Part shown: one piece after another, positions 37,863-55,389 of the stretch
Numbering within the stretch: position 1 is the stretch's first letter
Layout of the letters: every line of letters begins with the position of its first letter
Assembly (NCBI GenBank): GCA_963693365.1
Contig: CAVNZM010000013.1
Coordinates: 3,500,722 to 3,564,721, forward strand
Source: Amoebidium appalachense
Taxonomy: Eukaryota > Protista > Ichthyosporea
Direction of reading: 5' to 3'
Length of the DNA stretch: 64,000 nucleotides
Notes under the pieces: model-generated
Databases searched by the model: none
Seen by the model: the letters and a program-made list of their open reading frames with translations, nothing else
What the model was told of the DNA's origin: nothing
Made by a program: the position numbers and the translations under genes

Positions 37863-38600
37863 TTGGGGGGGGAGGGGGGGGGGGGCGGGGGAATATGTTA
37901 GGAAGGGGAGGGAGAGGAGCTAATTGTAATACAGGCCGTTGCACCACCTGCCGGTGTCAGCCAATCAGAAAGAAGGCCAACGCCAAAAATGGCAAAGAAG
38001 CGCAGCAAGGTTCAATCGGGCGCAAGCGCCAAAACACCGCGACTGGAGCAGTTTTTTGAACCCTAAAGTTGAATGGTTCGAGAAAGGCCTTTTTTTTCCA
38101 AAATAAAAATGAATGGTATTGTGAAGGTTCGATGGCATTTCTACCGTGTCTTCTATGTGTGTTCTTTTGGGCACAACGGGCATGGTGTTGTCCGTCTTGA
38201 TTAATCACATCTCTCCCACCCCCCCCCCCCCCCCCCCCCTCCCTCCTCTTCCCTCTGCTTCCGTCGGGCACCTTCCCCTTCTTCCCTCTCCGTCTCATCG
38301 TGTCCTATTTAGTCCCCCCTCCCCACCCTTTCCCCCCTCCCCGTCCCATCCAAGTCGAACCCCCTCCCCCCCCCTTCTCCCCCCCCCCCCTCCCCCTTTG
38401 TGCCATTGTCGCTTGATTTCAACCTCCGTGAAAGAATGAAGGGTGATGCATGCACTGAACATGTTGCTCAAAGTGCAATGATCCCATAGTAGAGATTGAG
38501 TACTGGCAGAATGGACCACAAATCACAATAACCGAACACAGGCATTGTTGCAAGCCTTTGCAAGCAATAGCTAGAATACCTCCGTGGTCCGTCCCCCTCC
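33450..38600 (+). pseudogene. Tandem partial duplicate of POLH (intron 10 to 3' flank; exons 11-15)
   Basis: Exon copies at ~33821-33912, 34498-34580, 35445-35544, 36289-37168 and 37935-38066, plus homologous intron and 3'-flank blocks (source ~27290-33430). The exon 11 copy lacks its donor; the exon 12 and 14 copies are frameshifted. Confidence 0.9.
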
Positions 38601-38711
38601 CCCCCCCCCGCATGATCCCCACCAACTCTTGCAACCCACCCACCATCACACCCTCACCTACTCCCTCTTGGAAAAAAAAAAAGAAAAAACGAAAAAAAGA
38701 AACAAAGATAC

Positions 38712-38900
38712 CATGCTGATGCTTCGGCTTTTCTGCACAGTGACTGTGTACGTGCCGTCCAAGATTCCGTTAATAGACCCCCTCCCGTTTGCATGCAGTT
38801 GTTCCCGTGTGGGTCTAGATGCTCAGAAGTATACGCATCATGGGGATCACATGGGGATCAAAAATTCATTTAATGCGCCCTCGGAGTCCGTCCAACAGGC
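38712..38900 (-). pseudogene. Possible degraded PIF/Harbinger-ISL2EU DDE transposase fragment
   Basis: Minus strand reads ...INGILDGTYTVTVQKSRSISM|GT, recalling the I-L-D-G-T-Y-x-x-I-Q-K-S first catalytic motif of DDE_Tnp_4-type transposases. Upstream frames contain stops. Confidence 0.3.
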
Positions 38901-41900
38901 CAACACCCAAGGTGTCATAAACGATCAACCATTACAAGCATGTTCATACGGTGTACCGGGGGCACCTCCCTAATCCAATCAGCGTCACGTACACGTAAAT
39001 GGCACAAGTCTATATAAAATATTAGATGCACACGAATAATCTTTAACAACTCACACTAAGAGCTCCTTGCAGAAGGTTACGGTGCCGATATAAAGGTGTG
39101 TGTGTGTGGGGGGGGGGGGGGGGGGGGGGGGGGAGAGGGGGGGGGGGTGTGTGTTGGACACGTGTGCACAGGAGCAAAAAGCAACGGGCGGTGGTGTTAA
39201 AAACACTTGTGTTGCTAAGAAAGTCGACGAGGGTGACGTGTTCTAAATCGTGTAATGAGGTGGAAAGTTGTAGAGTATATAGGTACAGGCTGTTCCAAGA
39301 TTAATTGGATCGCTGTACTCTATGGTTGACAATTCTTCAGACACGTATCAGCACATGGATCTGTGTAGACAGCTAATGTTGCATACATCTCGAGGCTACG
39401 GTAGCTGCAAACTGCCACTTCTACTGATAAGAGACTAAACGACCATGGCTGAGAAGCACCGGGTGTTTGTTACGTATACATGTGGTAAGGGTGGTTACTT
39501 ACGGGAAGACGGCATGCAACAAATCTGAGCCTTTGAAGAAACAAAATGGTGTGATGGATGCTGAAAGGAGAGCGAGGGAAGGAGAAGCAGAGCGGGAGGG
39601 GGGGGGGGGGGGGGGAGAAGGATGAGGGGGGGATGAGAGGGGGGGGGGGGGGGGGGGAGCAGTCGGGCCTTTGGTGTGAGGATTTTGGCTTGTCCGTTGC
39701 TCATTGGGTCGTGCTCAATGTGTATTTTGGTGAGCAGATGGGAGTATATTTAAATATGCTTATGGGCCATTCCGGGGTTATGAACGGGCCACAGATCTAC
39801 ATTGTCGCCTATGTAACTGTGTGCTTGTGTCGGTGTGGCCTTGCTAGGTATTTGTGTAAAGCTGTAGGTGCTCGAGGGAGGCTTTTGTGCCCGTGCTGCT
39901 ATGGTGTTTTTAGAATGTAGGGATGACGGTGTGGAAAGCAGCCCTGGCTTTGGCCGGGCAGGGAGAAAAAGAGCTAAGAACAAGAGAGAGAGGTAGAGTG
40001 CGGGGAGAATCAGAGTGAGAAGGGGGGGGGGGGGGGGGGGAAGGGACGAAAGTAAATAGAGGGGGAGAGAATGAGAGAGAGCGAGAGAGCGAGAGGGGGG
40101 GGCGGGGGGGGGGGGGGGGGGTGGAGAGAGGGGGGGCCGGAGGGGGGATTACAAGAGAGAACGACGAAGGGGGCTGCGAGATTACCAGAGTATGGGAGGA
40201 GGAGAAAAAAGGGGGGGTGGGGGGGGGGGGGGGGGGGGCGACATTTGCAAGGGGGGGGGGGGGGGGGGGGGAGAGGGAGGGGCGGATGGGGGGTTACAAG
40301 AGGTAACGTGGAAGCCGGCTGCGAGCTATTACCAGAGTATGGGAGGAGGAGAAAAGGAGGGAGGGGGGGGGGGGGGACGACGTACATTGGCACGCATGCG
40401 TTGACTCGCTTTGCACACCCGCGCATGCCCGGAGTCGCTTGCGCCCTCCTGTCTGCATGCAGTGAGTGTGACAGGGCAGTTTGTGCAGTTTGATAAGATC
40501 TACTTCAGATTACTTAAATTATTCTCTCAGCTATAGGGAACCAGATATTCATGTGCAGTAAGGCTGAATGCGTCACAATAAAAGTTCAAAACCCGCCCGA
40601 ACATGGTCAAAGAAACAAAACGTTGGTCTCTCAAGGGCCTGAAAACTTTTTTCTTTTTTTTCCTATGCCCTCGAGGCCTGTGGGTTCAGGGGAATAGAAA
40701 GGAAGAAAAAAAGAAATTCTGTCGGATTATATTTGAACTTCCGAAAGCTTTTCACTTGATGTCAGGATCAGGGTGTGAAATCAGGTAGTCCAGGGCCACA
40801 ACATCAAGTACCCTGGAAAAAAAAAGAAAAAAAAAAAAAGAAAAAAAAAAAAAAATATTCGAATCATTACCACTGTCTTCCAACAGCAAACTGCCCTGGC
40901 AGGGTCAATGGGCTATACCGTGTATGAATATGATAATGCCCAACAATATCAAGACAACCACGCTGGAAGTGTCGTGTTCCTGCAAAATGCAAGAATTCAT
41001 CTATTTTTCAAACCCTGCATTTGGCAACCCGTACTAACCAGGTCTGACCGGAAAAAAACCGGTTTTCTGGATGCTGCAAAGTGTAGAAACTGATTGGCGG
41101 GGGGCTCAGCAATCCATCCAATCAGAAAGCCCACACATCATGCTATCATCAAGAGCCATAAAAGATGGACTGTCCATTGGTTCGAATTACTGATCTACTT
41201 AGAATGTTTATTCCTGGCATGGAGAGATCCGTCCAAGAGCAGATATTTATTACCTGCAGGACATAATGTCTCATATTTCGGTTAAAAATTAATGCAGTAT
41301 GGCAAACAAATTCATTTGTTTTGTCACAAGTTTTTTTTCTCGAATTCCAATAATCCAATACTGCAAATTTTAAAAAGTGTTCACGGATTGGCTCAAAATC
41401 ACTCGGCCAAATCACCAAGATATCTCATCAGCAGAGTATAAAAAGCCTTTCCCTCCTGATAAGTTGATCAGTCACAAGGGTTGCCAGCAAGTGCAAAGCA
41501 GATCAAAGAAAAAAAATGTGATTTTCTTAAACAAACACATTCGCATCCATCAAGTTGCATCCAGGCGCATCTTGTACATCCGTTTTAAATCCAGAAACAT
41601 CAGTTGACAGCTGATGGTATACATCTGTAAGAATGGCATTAACAAACATTAATGACATTTTAAACTCGTCCAGCCTCTTTTCAGACGAATTCAGTGCTGG
41701 TGACTCTATGGACTCGAACGAACTACAGCTGAACAGGTAAGAATGTTGTCAAACTTTGAATGTCCTTTTGTTTTCCTGCGAAACAAACTTTGCAAGGGCT
41801 CAAGCCTTTGGGCTCCCACAAACTTCAAAAGGTCACGAAAAGGCAGACACACTCTCTCACATCCAGTGCGTCAAGTGAAGTGAAATGTTAAGTTAGCTCG

Positions 41901-42035
41901 CGCGAGTGATAGTCTAGTTGTTGGGTAATTATCACTCACACTCTGTACTAAATGATTCGCAAAACGGTCACCATACTAAGAGGTTGTGTTATGGTGTGGA
42001 GCGCCTGCATGGCATTTCCTCAAGAAGAAGTCACC

Positions 42036-45219
<3,184 letters not shown>

Positions 45220-46478
45220 GCCTCGAGCTCCAACATGTTTGCCAGTGCCAACCGTGACTTTAACGTGATACAGAGCATTTTGATTACTGAAGATAAGGTA
45301 GCCTATCCCGTGCAATGTACGCTCAGCCTGTTGTATCAGCTCGTATTCTGTTGAACTTTATATCTGCCTGAGCGCTCTGATGGTCGCGGTGTGGGGGACA
45401 TGGGAACTTCATGTCAGCATAGCATATTGGGCTTTTTATTGTGTGTATTACATATCTTTGAGATGTGATTGTGAAAACAGTGATTTTTAAAAAAATCTTC
45501 AGTGTTAAGGTCATATGCCATATCAGGGCTGCGGGACAATGAGTCCTATCATTCAGTTACACGAGCACTGTGAATCTTATAATGGTTCAATTTGCGGATC
45601 TCAGTACGGCATGATTAGCCTCACTAATGATGATATGCTTATTAAAGTCGTGTCTTCGAATTAACTCCATTGCCCATCTAACACGCTGGTACACAGACGG
45701 TGTGACACCGTGAGGCCGGCACACACACACACACCACATGTACACACCACCGTCACGGTGACACTGTCCACACACACTACCCCCCCCCCCCCCCATGTTG
45801 GCCTGATTGGCCCTGAATTGACATGGAGGACTTTGTCATGTGCTGAGCTGATTTGTATTAGTCTGCTTCTATATTTTGTGTTTTGGTGAGTGAATTTCGG
45901 GGGTTTTCTTGCATAGTGATTCCGGGGTCTATGTGGAGTATGGGGAGATCGTTCAGAGGTATGGGGAGAATCTGATGCAGCGGCGGGTGATAGTTTGGTG
46001 CGCGCGTGCATACTCCGTGCCTCTGCGTAATCTTCATGTTATATGTTGTATTGCTTTGTGTGCTTGGCGAGACCCATGTTGCCTGCTTGCGTGTGTGTAT
46101 GCTTATATGTATTGTGAGTAAAGATGTGTACGTGTTGTAGTGCTGTAGGGGTCTCTGAGGTGGCGGTAGCCAATGGTGTGGAGTGTGTGTAGCCCGTGGG
46201 GGAGGGAGTGTTGTGATTGGCTGAATGTCACTGTGGTATTTGTCTGGCCAGTGGGCCGCGTGCCTACGTCTGTGAAGTGTCTCGCGGGGTCGCGGGCATT
46301 CGAAGTTCTTCTGAGAACATATTTGTCCGTCTCCCACCCAACTCAAAGAAAAGTTCAATTAGCCTAGTAGTAGTACACAGTTACAAGCCCCTTTTGAGCG
46401 TGCAGTTAGTTAGAGTCGTTCGTATACACGCTAGGGCGTGCCACGATACGACAGACTTTAAGGCCGGGCACACCGTGA

Positions 46479-46651
46479 TGATGTACAGGGGTCACTCACT
46501 TTTAAGATAACACTGGGTAAATACAGTTTAGGGTTTAAAATCATGATGTACAGGGGTCACTCACTTTTAAGATAACACTGGGTAAATACAGTTTAGGGTT
46601 TAAAATCATAAGGTTTCTCGGCCGTAGGGCCCATTATCATGATGATCTTAT

Positions 46652-46655
<4 letters not shown>
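46479..46655 (+). repeat. Exact 65-bp tandem duplication; diverged copy of the start of the LTR at 48904
   Basis: 46479-46543 equals 46544-46608. The sequence CAGGGGTCACTCA..TAAATACAGTTTAGGGT..GGCCGTAGG.CCCATTATC matches 48911-49000. Confidence 0.8.
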
Positions 46656-46683
<28 letters not shown>

Positions 46684-46908
46684 CCGCCCCGCCCACCCGC
46701 CCGCCCGCCCGCCTGACCGTCCGCCCCCGCCCGCCCGCCCGCCCGCCCGCCCGCCCGCCCGCCCGCCCGCCCCGCCCCGCCCGCCCGCCCGCCCGCCCGC
46801 CCGCCCGCCCCGCCCGCCCGCCCGCCCGCCTGCCGCCCGCCTGCCCGCCTGCTTGCCCCGCCTGCCCGCTCCGGTCATGTGGGTCCTTCTTCTGGGCTGC
46901 GGGGGTTT

Positions 46909-46955
<47 letters not shown>

Positions 46956-46959
46956 ACAC

Positions 46960-47275
46960 ACACACACCCTGAGACACCGAGACAAACAAACATTGTGATA
47001 CAGACGTGCACACACTCACACACACACCACACACACAAACACACCCATTGGCAAACGAGCATAAACTCCAAATGAACCCACAGACATATGCACACATTTT
47101 CGCACAGCCCCCCCTCCCCCCCTCCCCCCCCACAAAATTTGTTTTTCCCTTCCCGCCCATTAAAAGGACCCACAGGACCGTGACATGGCGGGGAAAGGGG
47201 AGGGATGGGGGGGGGGGAGGGGGGGAAGTTGGGAGGTTGGGGGGAGACGCACACACACACCGTGCACAGTCACAT

Positions 47276-47343
<68 letters not shown>

Positions 47344-47758
47344 ACCACAAAAACACAAAAACACAGAGTGACAAGCGAGCACAAAATCCAAATGTACACA
47401 CAGACATATGCACACGTTTTCGCACAGCCCCCCCCCCCCCCCCCCCCCCCCTCCCCCCTCCCCCCAACAAAACAAAACTAAAAAGAAATCTTCCGCCCAT
47501 AAAGAGGACCCACAGGACTGGGGGGAGGAAACGGGAAGGGGGGGGGAAGGGGGGAGGGATATACACACACACACGGCACCGTGCACCGTCACACGTACAT
47601 ACACACACATACAAACACACACACACATTGTGATATACACACGTTCACACACAGTGTTACACACACACACACACACCGCCAGTGACAAACGAACACAAAA
47701 TCCAAATGTACACACAGACAGATGTACACATTTTCGCACAGCCCCCGGCCAGCCTTCC

Positions 47759-47789
<31 letters not shown>

Positions 47790-47940
47790 AAATCCCCCCA
47801 GCCCAAAAAAAGGACCCACGGGCCAGGGAGGGAAGGGGGGAAAGGGGCCACACACACACACCGTGCACCAAGACTCGGCCGCAGACATACACACACACAT
47901 ACACACACACCACCAAAGCAGTGTTGTGATACACATACGT

Positions 47941-47978
<38 letters not shown>

Positions 47979-48230
47979 CACACGCACACACAAAAAAAAC
48001 ACACACACACACACACAACACACACACACACAAACACGCACAGTGACAAACTATCACAAAAACCACATGTACACACAGGTACGCACACATTTTCGCACAG
48101 CCTGAAGGTGCTAAGTAGAGCCGGGGAGTCCGAGTCCCTGTCCGGGCACCGTGGCCCCATTAATGTAAACCGCTAAACTACACCGTTCTTAGCTGGTTGC
48201 ACAAACACACGCACACACACACACGGCACC

Positions 48231-48322
<92 letters not shown>

Positions 48323-48327
48323 GTGAC

Positions 48328-48413
<86 letters not shown>

Positions 48414-48730
48414 ACACAAACACAACACAGAGTGACAAGCGAGCACAAAATCCAAATGTGCACACAGACTTCTGCACACGTTTTCGCACAGCCCCACCCC
48501 CCCCCCCTCTCCCCAACAAAACAAAATCAAAAGTATTTAAAAAAAATCTCCCCGCCCATAAAGAGGACCCACAGGACAGGGGGGGGTGGGGGGAAACGTG
48601 AAGGCGGGGCCGCGTGGGGGGGGGGGGGGGGGGGGGATCATGATACACACACACACACACACCATGCACCGTCACACGGTCTGGGACACACACACACAAA
48701 CACACACACACATTGTGATATACACACATG

Positions 48731-48761
<31 letters not shown>

Positions 48762-48845
48762 ACACACACAGCCAGTGACAAGCGAGCACAAAATCCAAAT
48801 GTACACACAGACATCATATAATGCACACATTTTCGCACAGCCCCT
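46960..48845. repeat. Compound tandem repeat (~320-390 bp units, ~6 copies) built of conserved blocks separated by (CA)n/poly-C/poly-G
   Basis: Block GTGACAAGCGAGCACAAAATCCAAATGTACACACAGAC...TTTTCGCACAGCCCC recurs near 47050, 47367, 47681, 48042, 48431 and 48775. Confidence 0.85.
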
Positions 48846-48903
48846 CCTCCCCCCGCCCCCCAGCCCCCCCCCCCCCCCCCCATGGCCAACCCCCCCCCCC
48901 CCC

Positions 48904-49806
48904 TGTAGCCCAGGGGTTACTCAGTTTAAAAATAACAGATAAATACGGTTTAGGGTCTTTAATCTTAACGTTTCTTGGCCGTAGGCCCCATTATCTTATC
49001 CCCCTCCTCCCCCCCCTCCCCCCCCCCCCCCCCCCCCCCCGACATATACTAATCCGTCTCAGCAGATCAGCCTAAGTCTACGATCGAGATCCGGCCCCCC
49101 CCCCCCCCCCCCCCCTGACATATACTAATCCGTCTCAGCAGATCAGCCTAAGTCTACGATCGAGATCCGGGGGGGGGGGGGGGGGGGTGGCCCGGGTCCA
49201 CAGATCATCAAGATCAAGTCCGCGGCCTCAAGATAGCTGTACAGCTGCGTGCATCTTGCCTCTGCCGGCGCAGGGCAGGACCACGTCAGCTGGAGCAGCC
49301 GACCAATAGAATTCTAATTAGTGTGTAGGATAGATCGTAGGAGGACTCGGACTTAGGAATGTGATATGTTCGGGCAGAAGCCCTTTTGTAAATATTGGCA
49401 AGTTTTGATAGTGTATGTTGCCAAACGTATTTATATATTTCGATGTAGAGGAAAGGGGGGAAGGATAGTATGAAATGTAGATTTAGACTCTGCGGTGCCA
49501 CTACTAGGGGAGGGTGAGGGGTGAGACATGGATAAATATATTAGTTTGAGTAGATCGACTTAGCTCGTGCAGGCGCACGACTCGTAGATCGGAATGTTTG
49601 GAATGTGGCATCGTAGGGGGGCCAGGTGATGATGATCTTTGAGGGCACGGCCTTGATGGCCTCAGTTGTGACTTAGCCTCATTCCGTACGGATCTAAGTT
49701 TTGCCCGTCGGAGCCTGGTCTGAATAAACTTTACCGTTTTCAGTTACACGTTCGTTCCTTTCAGTGTGTGTACACTTAGTAGTGTGCCGCGTCTCTAATA
49801 CATACA
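48904..49806 (+). mobile_element. Probable 5' LTR whose PBS is displaced to ~63940
   Basis: TGTAG...CATACA termini, TATA-like motifs (~49430, ~49532), AATAAA at ~49723, internal 54-bp duplication (49041-49094 / 49117-49170). Removing 49808-63938 plus one AT gives ...TACATACA|TGGTGTACATG. Confidence 0.55.
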
Positions 49807-52288
49807 TCAGCAAACTTCCCCGTGGTATTGCCAATATTGTGAGGCTATTATCTATTGCCAATATCGTAAAAACACCAGATTAATACTGAAGTAATATCAA
49901 TTATCCATTGCCAATGTATTGCGAGTAGAGATTTTCTGTGGTAGAGACGCTATAGAAGTGTAATAGAACTGTAATATTGACGTAATATCGGCATAATATT
50001 TTTATATTATTGTCATACCATGTCAGGTCTACCACCAATAACTATATACCGTATGAGTAATGTACTGGCAATATCCCAAAATGCGTGTACGTGTGCCTAT
50101 TAACAATACAATTTCGATATTGTCAATGTACTTATTCGGTATTATACTATTGCTTGCGGAGTATTGTCAATACGTTATGAATATATAAAATGTAGGACAA
50201 TTTTGTGTCAAATTAGGGTATTGTCCAACGTGGCAAGACTATTGCCAATATATTATGAATGTATTTTTCTGACCATTTTGGGATATTGGCAATATACCCA
50301 ACCCATATGTCCCATATGGCCGATACAAACATAATGTCGCTATTGGTTATAGGGTTATGATATGATTATAATAGGATCTCAATTCGGTCGAAATGTATTG
50401 CCAATGTATCCGTCACAATATCAAGCCTATTATGCACCTATTATCAATAGGTAAAAGCAACCGAAAATATGGGGCGTGTATTTTATTGCCAATATATTGG
50501 TAAAATATTGGGGATGAAAGATCAGGTCACTTTACCTATGTAGTCGCAATATTGTGAATGTGTTGCCAACACATGTTCAACAAACATTTTCGGAGTGTAG
50601 TCCTTGTATGCGCAGTACATTGCTAATACCGTGGTATTAGGGTGGACATATACTGACATTATGTAGATCATATCCCACCCATATCACATCCATATTAGTA
50701 GAACATAAACATGATATAGCAAGAAAACTTTTATCCTATTGCGAATATCTAAGGCACAAGTGGTATTGGCAATGTCACGAATACATCTATAATACTGTCA
50801 CCAATACGGACACAGCTAAGGACACCATATATTGGTTATAGTCTCAGTATATACTGCCAGTATGTTCGAATGCGAACAAATCATTATGTAGGAGGTACTA
50901 TCAATATACTACCAGTACCTGTACGATATACACACGTCATATACAATACGTTTGCAGTATATTATGGGTGCATTTCCGTACCAAGATTGAGAAGGGCAAC
51001 GGCCATAACAAGTGGTCCTCACGTTTTTAGCACCTCAAAATATAAAAGTTCTTTGTTTTGAATACTGTTCCTGGGGAAGATGTTCCCGTGGTCCGTGGTA
51101 CAAACGTCACCGAACGTCCTACCATTAAACCTTTCACCAGCCTACATCCTGTGTAAGCTGTAGGGTATAAAACTTGAAGTAGCATAAAGGATAATACAGG
51201 AAAGTAATGACAACCCCCCCCCCCCCCCCCCCAACCCAACCCTAAAAAAAATATAAAGAAAACCTGGAGGAATCGAGTAAAAATTGCCAGAATATACAAC
51301 AATAGTGCACGAGTTGGCATATGCATTTCCCACGCACGTGCACAGCACGATTCTTCGTTAGTTGCACATCTTTGGTTTACACAGGTTGCACGAGCACATA
51401 GCATACATAGTTAGGTACGATCGTTTATTTGTGCTTTATCTCCCTTTATTTCATAAGCATGTCCGGCATGCTCTTGTTTGCCCTCTGTTATTCATTAGGC
51501 ACATGTGGTATTCATAGTTTGTTTAGCTATTGGCGATGGCGAGAGGAAAGCACGCATCCGACGATTGTTGTGCATGCTTTTCATGTTTTCTGTGTAGTCG
51601 GGTGTTTTGTCTGCGATTGGACCGTATGAGGGGAATGCAGTTTGATTTCCGTTCATGTACGTGTCGTTATATGATTGGTCAGATTTATAGTATTCATAGT
51701 ATTTGCCAATCAGATGCGCAAATACCTTTGGATAGATCTGTATTCATGGAATCTGCCTGCGGCAGATAAATAGGTGAGAATCGAGCATAATAAATTAGAC
51801 GTAGATTGACAGAACATGCAACTGTGTTTCTACCTCTCCACACTACCCTCTCTGTTAGTGCTGTGGCATCGTGCATTGCCCAGCACCACTCTGCACGTGT
51901 TTATGTCTGTTAGTTTAGTGGCCTGATCACCCACGTATACTCTCATTCATATGCATGTGTGCCCAGGTACGTGTTAGTTGTAGTGTGTACACTCTGCTAG
52001 TCAGGCGAGAATAGTAGGGGCTTTTGCCGTAAGTCAGCACTTTTCTTGCAAAAATTCTGAAATGCAAATCTAAGAGAACTCGCAGTCCCTACACACGTCC
52101 CCGAGACGCATCAAAGTTTACAGCATCCCCCCCCTCCTCCCCCTCCATTTTGTTTTAGTCCTATGTCTTTATGCCCCCTTGTTACTTGCAATACTTTTCT
52201 TTCTTCGAAACATCCCTCACTCCCCTCACCCCCTTCCCCCCCAAACCCATCACCCCGGACGCTGCCAGTGTAACCACTCACACACATA

Positions 52289-52394
<106 letters not shown>

Positions 52395-53139
52395 CCACCC
52401 ACCCATGCATACACGCACACACACAAACTTCCCCTTCTTCCTCTCAACTCTCTACCCTCTTTTACGTTTCACTGTGTGTTTCCTCTCTCGTTCTAGCACC
52501 AGTTTTGCTAACCGTTACAAACTTCACCTACTCTTGTTCAAGCCTCGACTGGTTGCTGAAATCACCAGGTGCCTTTCCTTGTCCTTTTATGACCCCCCCC
52601 CCCCCCACCCCTCCTCTCCCCCTCCCCCCCCCCCCCTCCCCTCCCCCCCTCCCTTCCCGGCTGAAGCCTTAGTCTGTACTGAATAATCTCTGTCCTTGTG
52701 ACCCACCCTCTCGTCCTTCACTCCCCCCCCCCCCCCCCCCCCCCCTTCTTCCTGCCCGGTTCCCCCCATACCTGTTCGCCTCGATTACTTGCAGTATTTC
52801 TTCTTATCCCTCCCCGATAACTATTAATTTTTTTTCCCTCTTCTCCCATTGATCCTGTTTTGGTCCTGTGTCCCTCTATTCCAATGTCCTTTGCGATGCT
52901 TTGCTTCTTTGGCTGCCACCCTCGAATGCACACATCATCAACCCCCCCCCCCCCCCCCCCCCCCTCCCCCCTTCCCTCTCGTTCCAGCGCCGGTTTTACC
53001 CATTATGGACTTAACCTGCTTTTGCTCAAGCCTCCACATGTCTGAAATTCTACCCCTTTCTCTCGTACTCTTTACCACCCCCCCCCCCCCCCCCCCTCTT
53101 GTCCTCCTACTACCCCTCTCCCCCCCCAAAAAACACACA

Positions 53140-54690
<1,551 letters not shown>

Positions 54691-55050
54691 AACCCTCTCT
54701 TCTCTTATGTAGTATCGTAGGAACGCTTGACAAAGGTACTACACGGGTGTTGGTTGGATGATGACAGTACATGTACCAGTGGGATAGATGCTGTTTACTC
54801 CAGGCAATGTACCAGTGTGTCGATTGATTTAGCTAATATTAGATCTATGTTTAGCTGTGTGTTGTTTTTTCTCCTTTTTGTATTTAAGGCCTGGCCGGCC
54901 TCATAAAATGCTATCTAATCTTACTCGAGATTGAGCTTTTTTGGCCTTGAAGGCCGATCATCATGATCTTAATAAAGTACTGTGAATGTGTCCCCTGATG
55001 AGGGACTCTAGTCGATATATCTGCAAAACGACCCCCCCCCCCCCCCCCTT

Positions 55051-55141
<91 letters not shown>

Positions 55142-55389
55142 AAAACAAACAAAAAAGAAAGAAAAAAAGAGCGAGAGAATCCTTGTTTCTCGTATGTTAC
55201 CAGCACGTAAGCAAGTATTTTATTCATTCACAATACATTGTTGGGTATGTGTAGTATATTATGGTGTTATTATTTTTTGGTTTACAATATGGTGTCCACA
55301 TTCCCAATATATCGTTATTGTCGACCGACTACTATGGTAGTGTAATGCTATGATGACAATTTGTGCATGCGTTACTTATAAGCATCGGG

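Noticed and set aside
33821-38072. Second functional polymerase gene
   Set aside because: Lacks exons 1-10 (catalytic core), has a lost donor and frameshifts.
46526-46602. TTTAGGG telomere-like motifs
   Set aside because: Isolated single units inside a duplicated LTR-like block, not a telomeric array.
46479-49809. One 3.3-kb LTR bounded by TGATGTA...TACATCA
   Set aside because: No TSD, and the last bases overlap the TIR of the downstream element. An LTR at 48904-49806 with a displaced PBS explains the data better.
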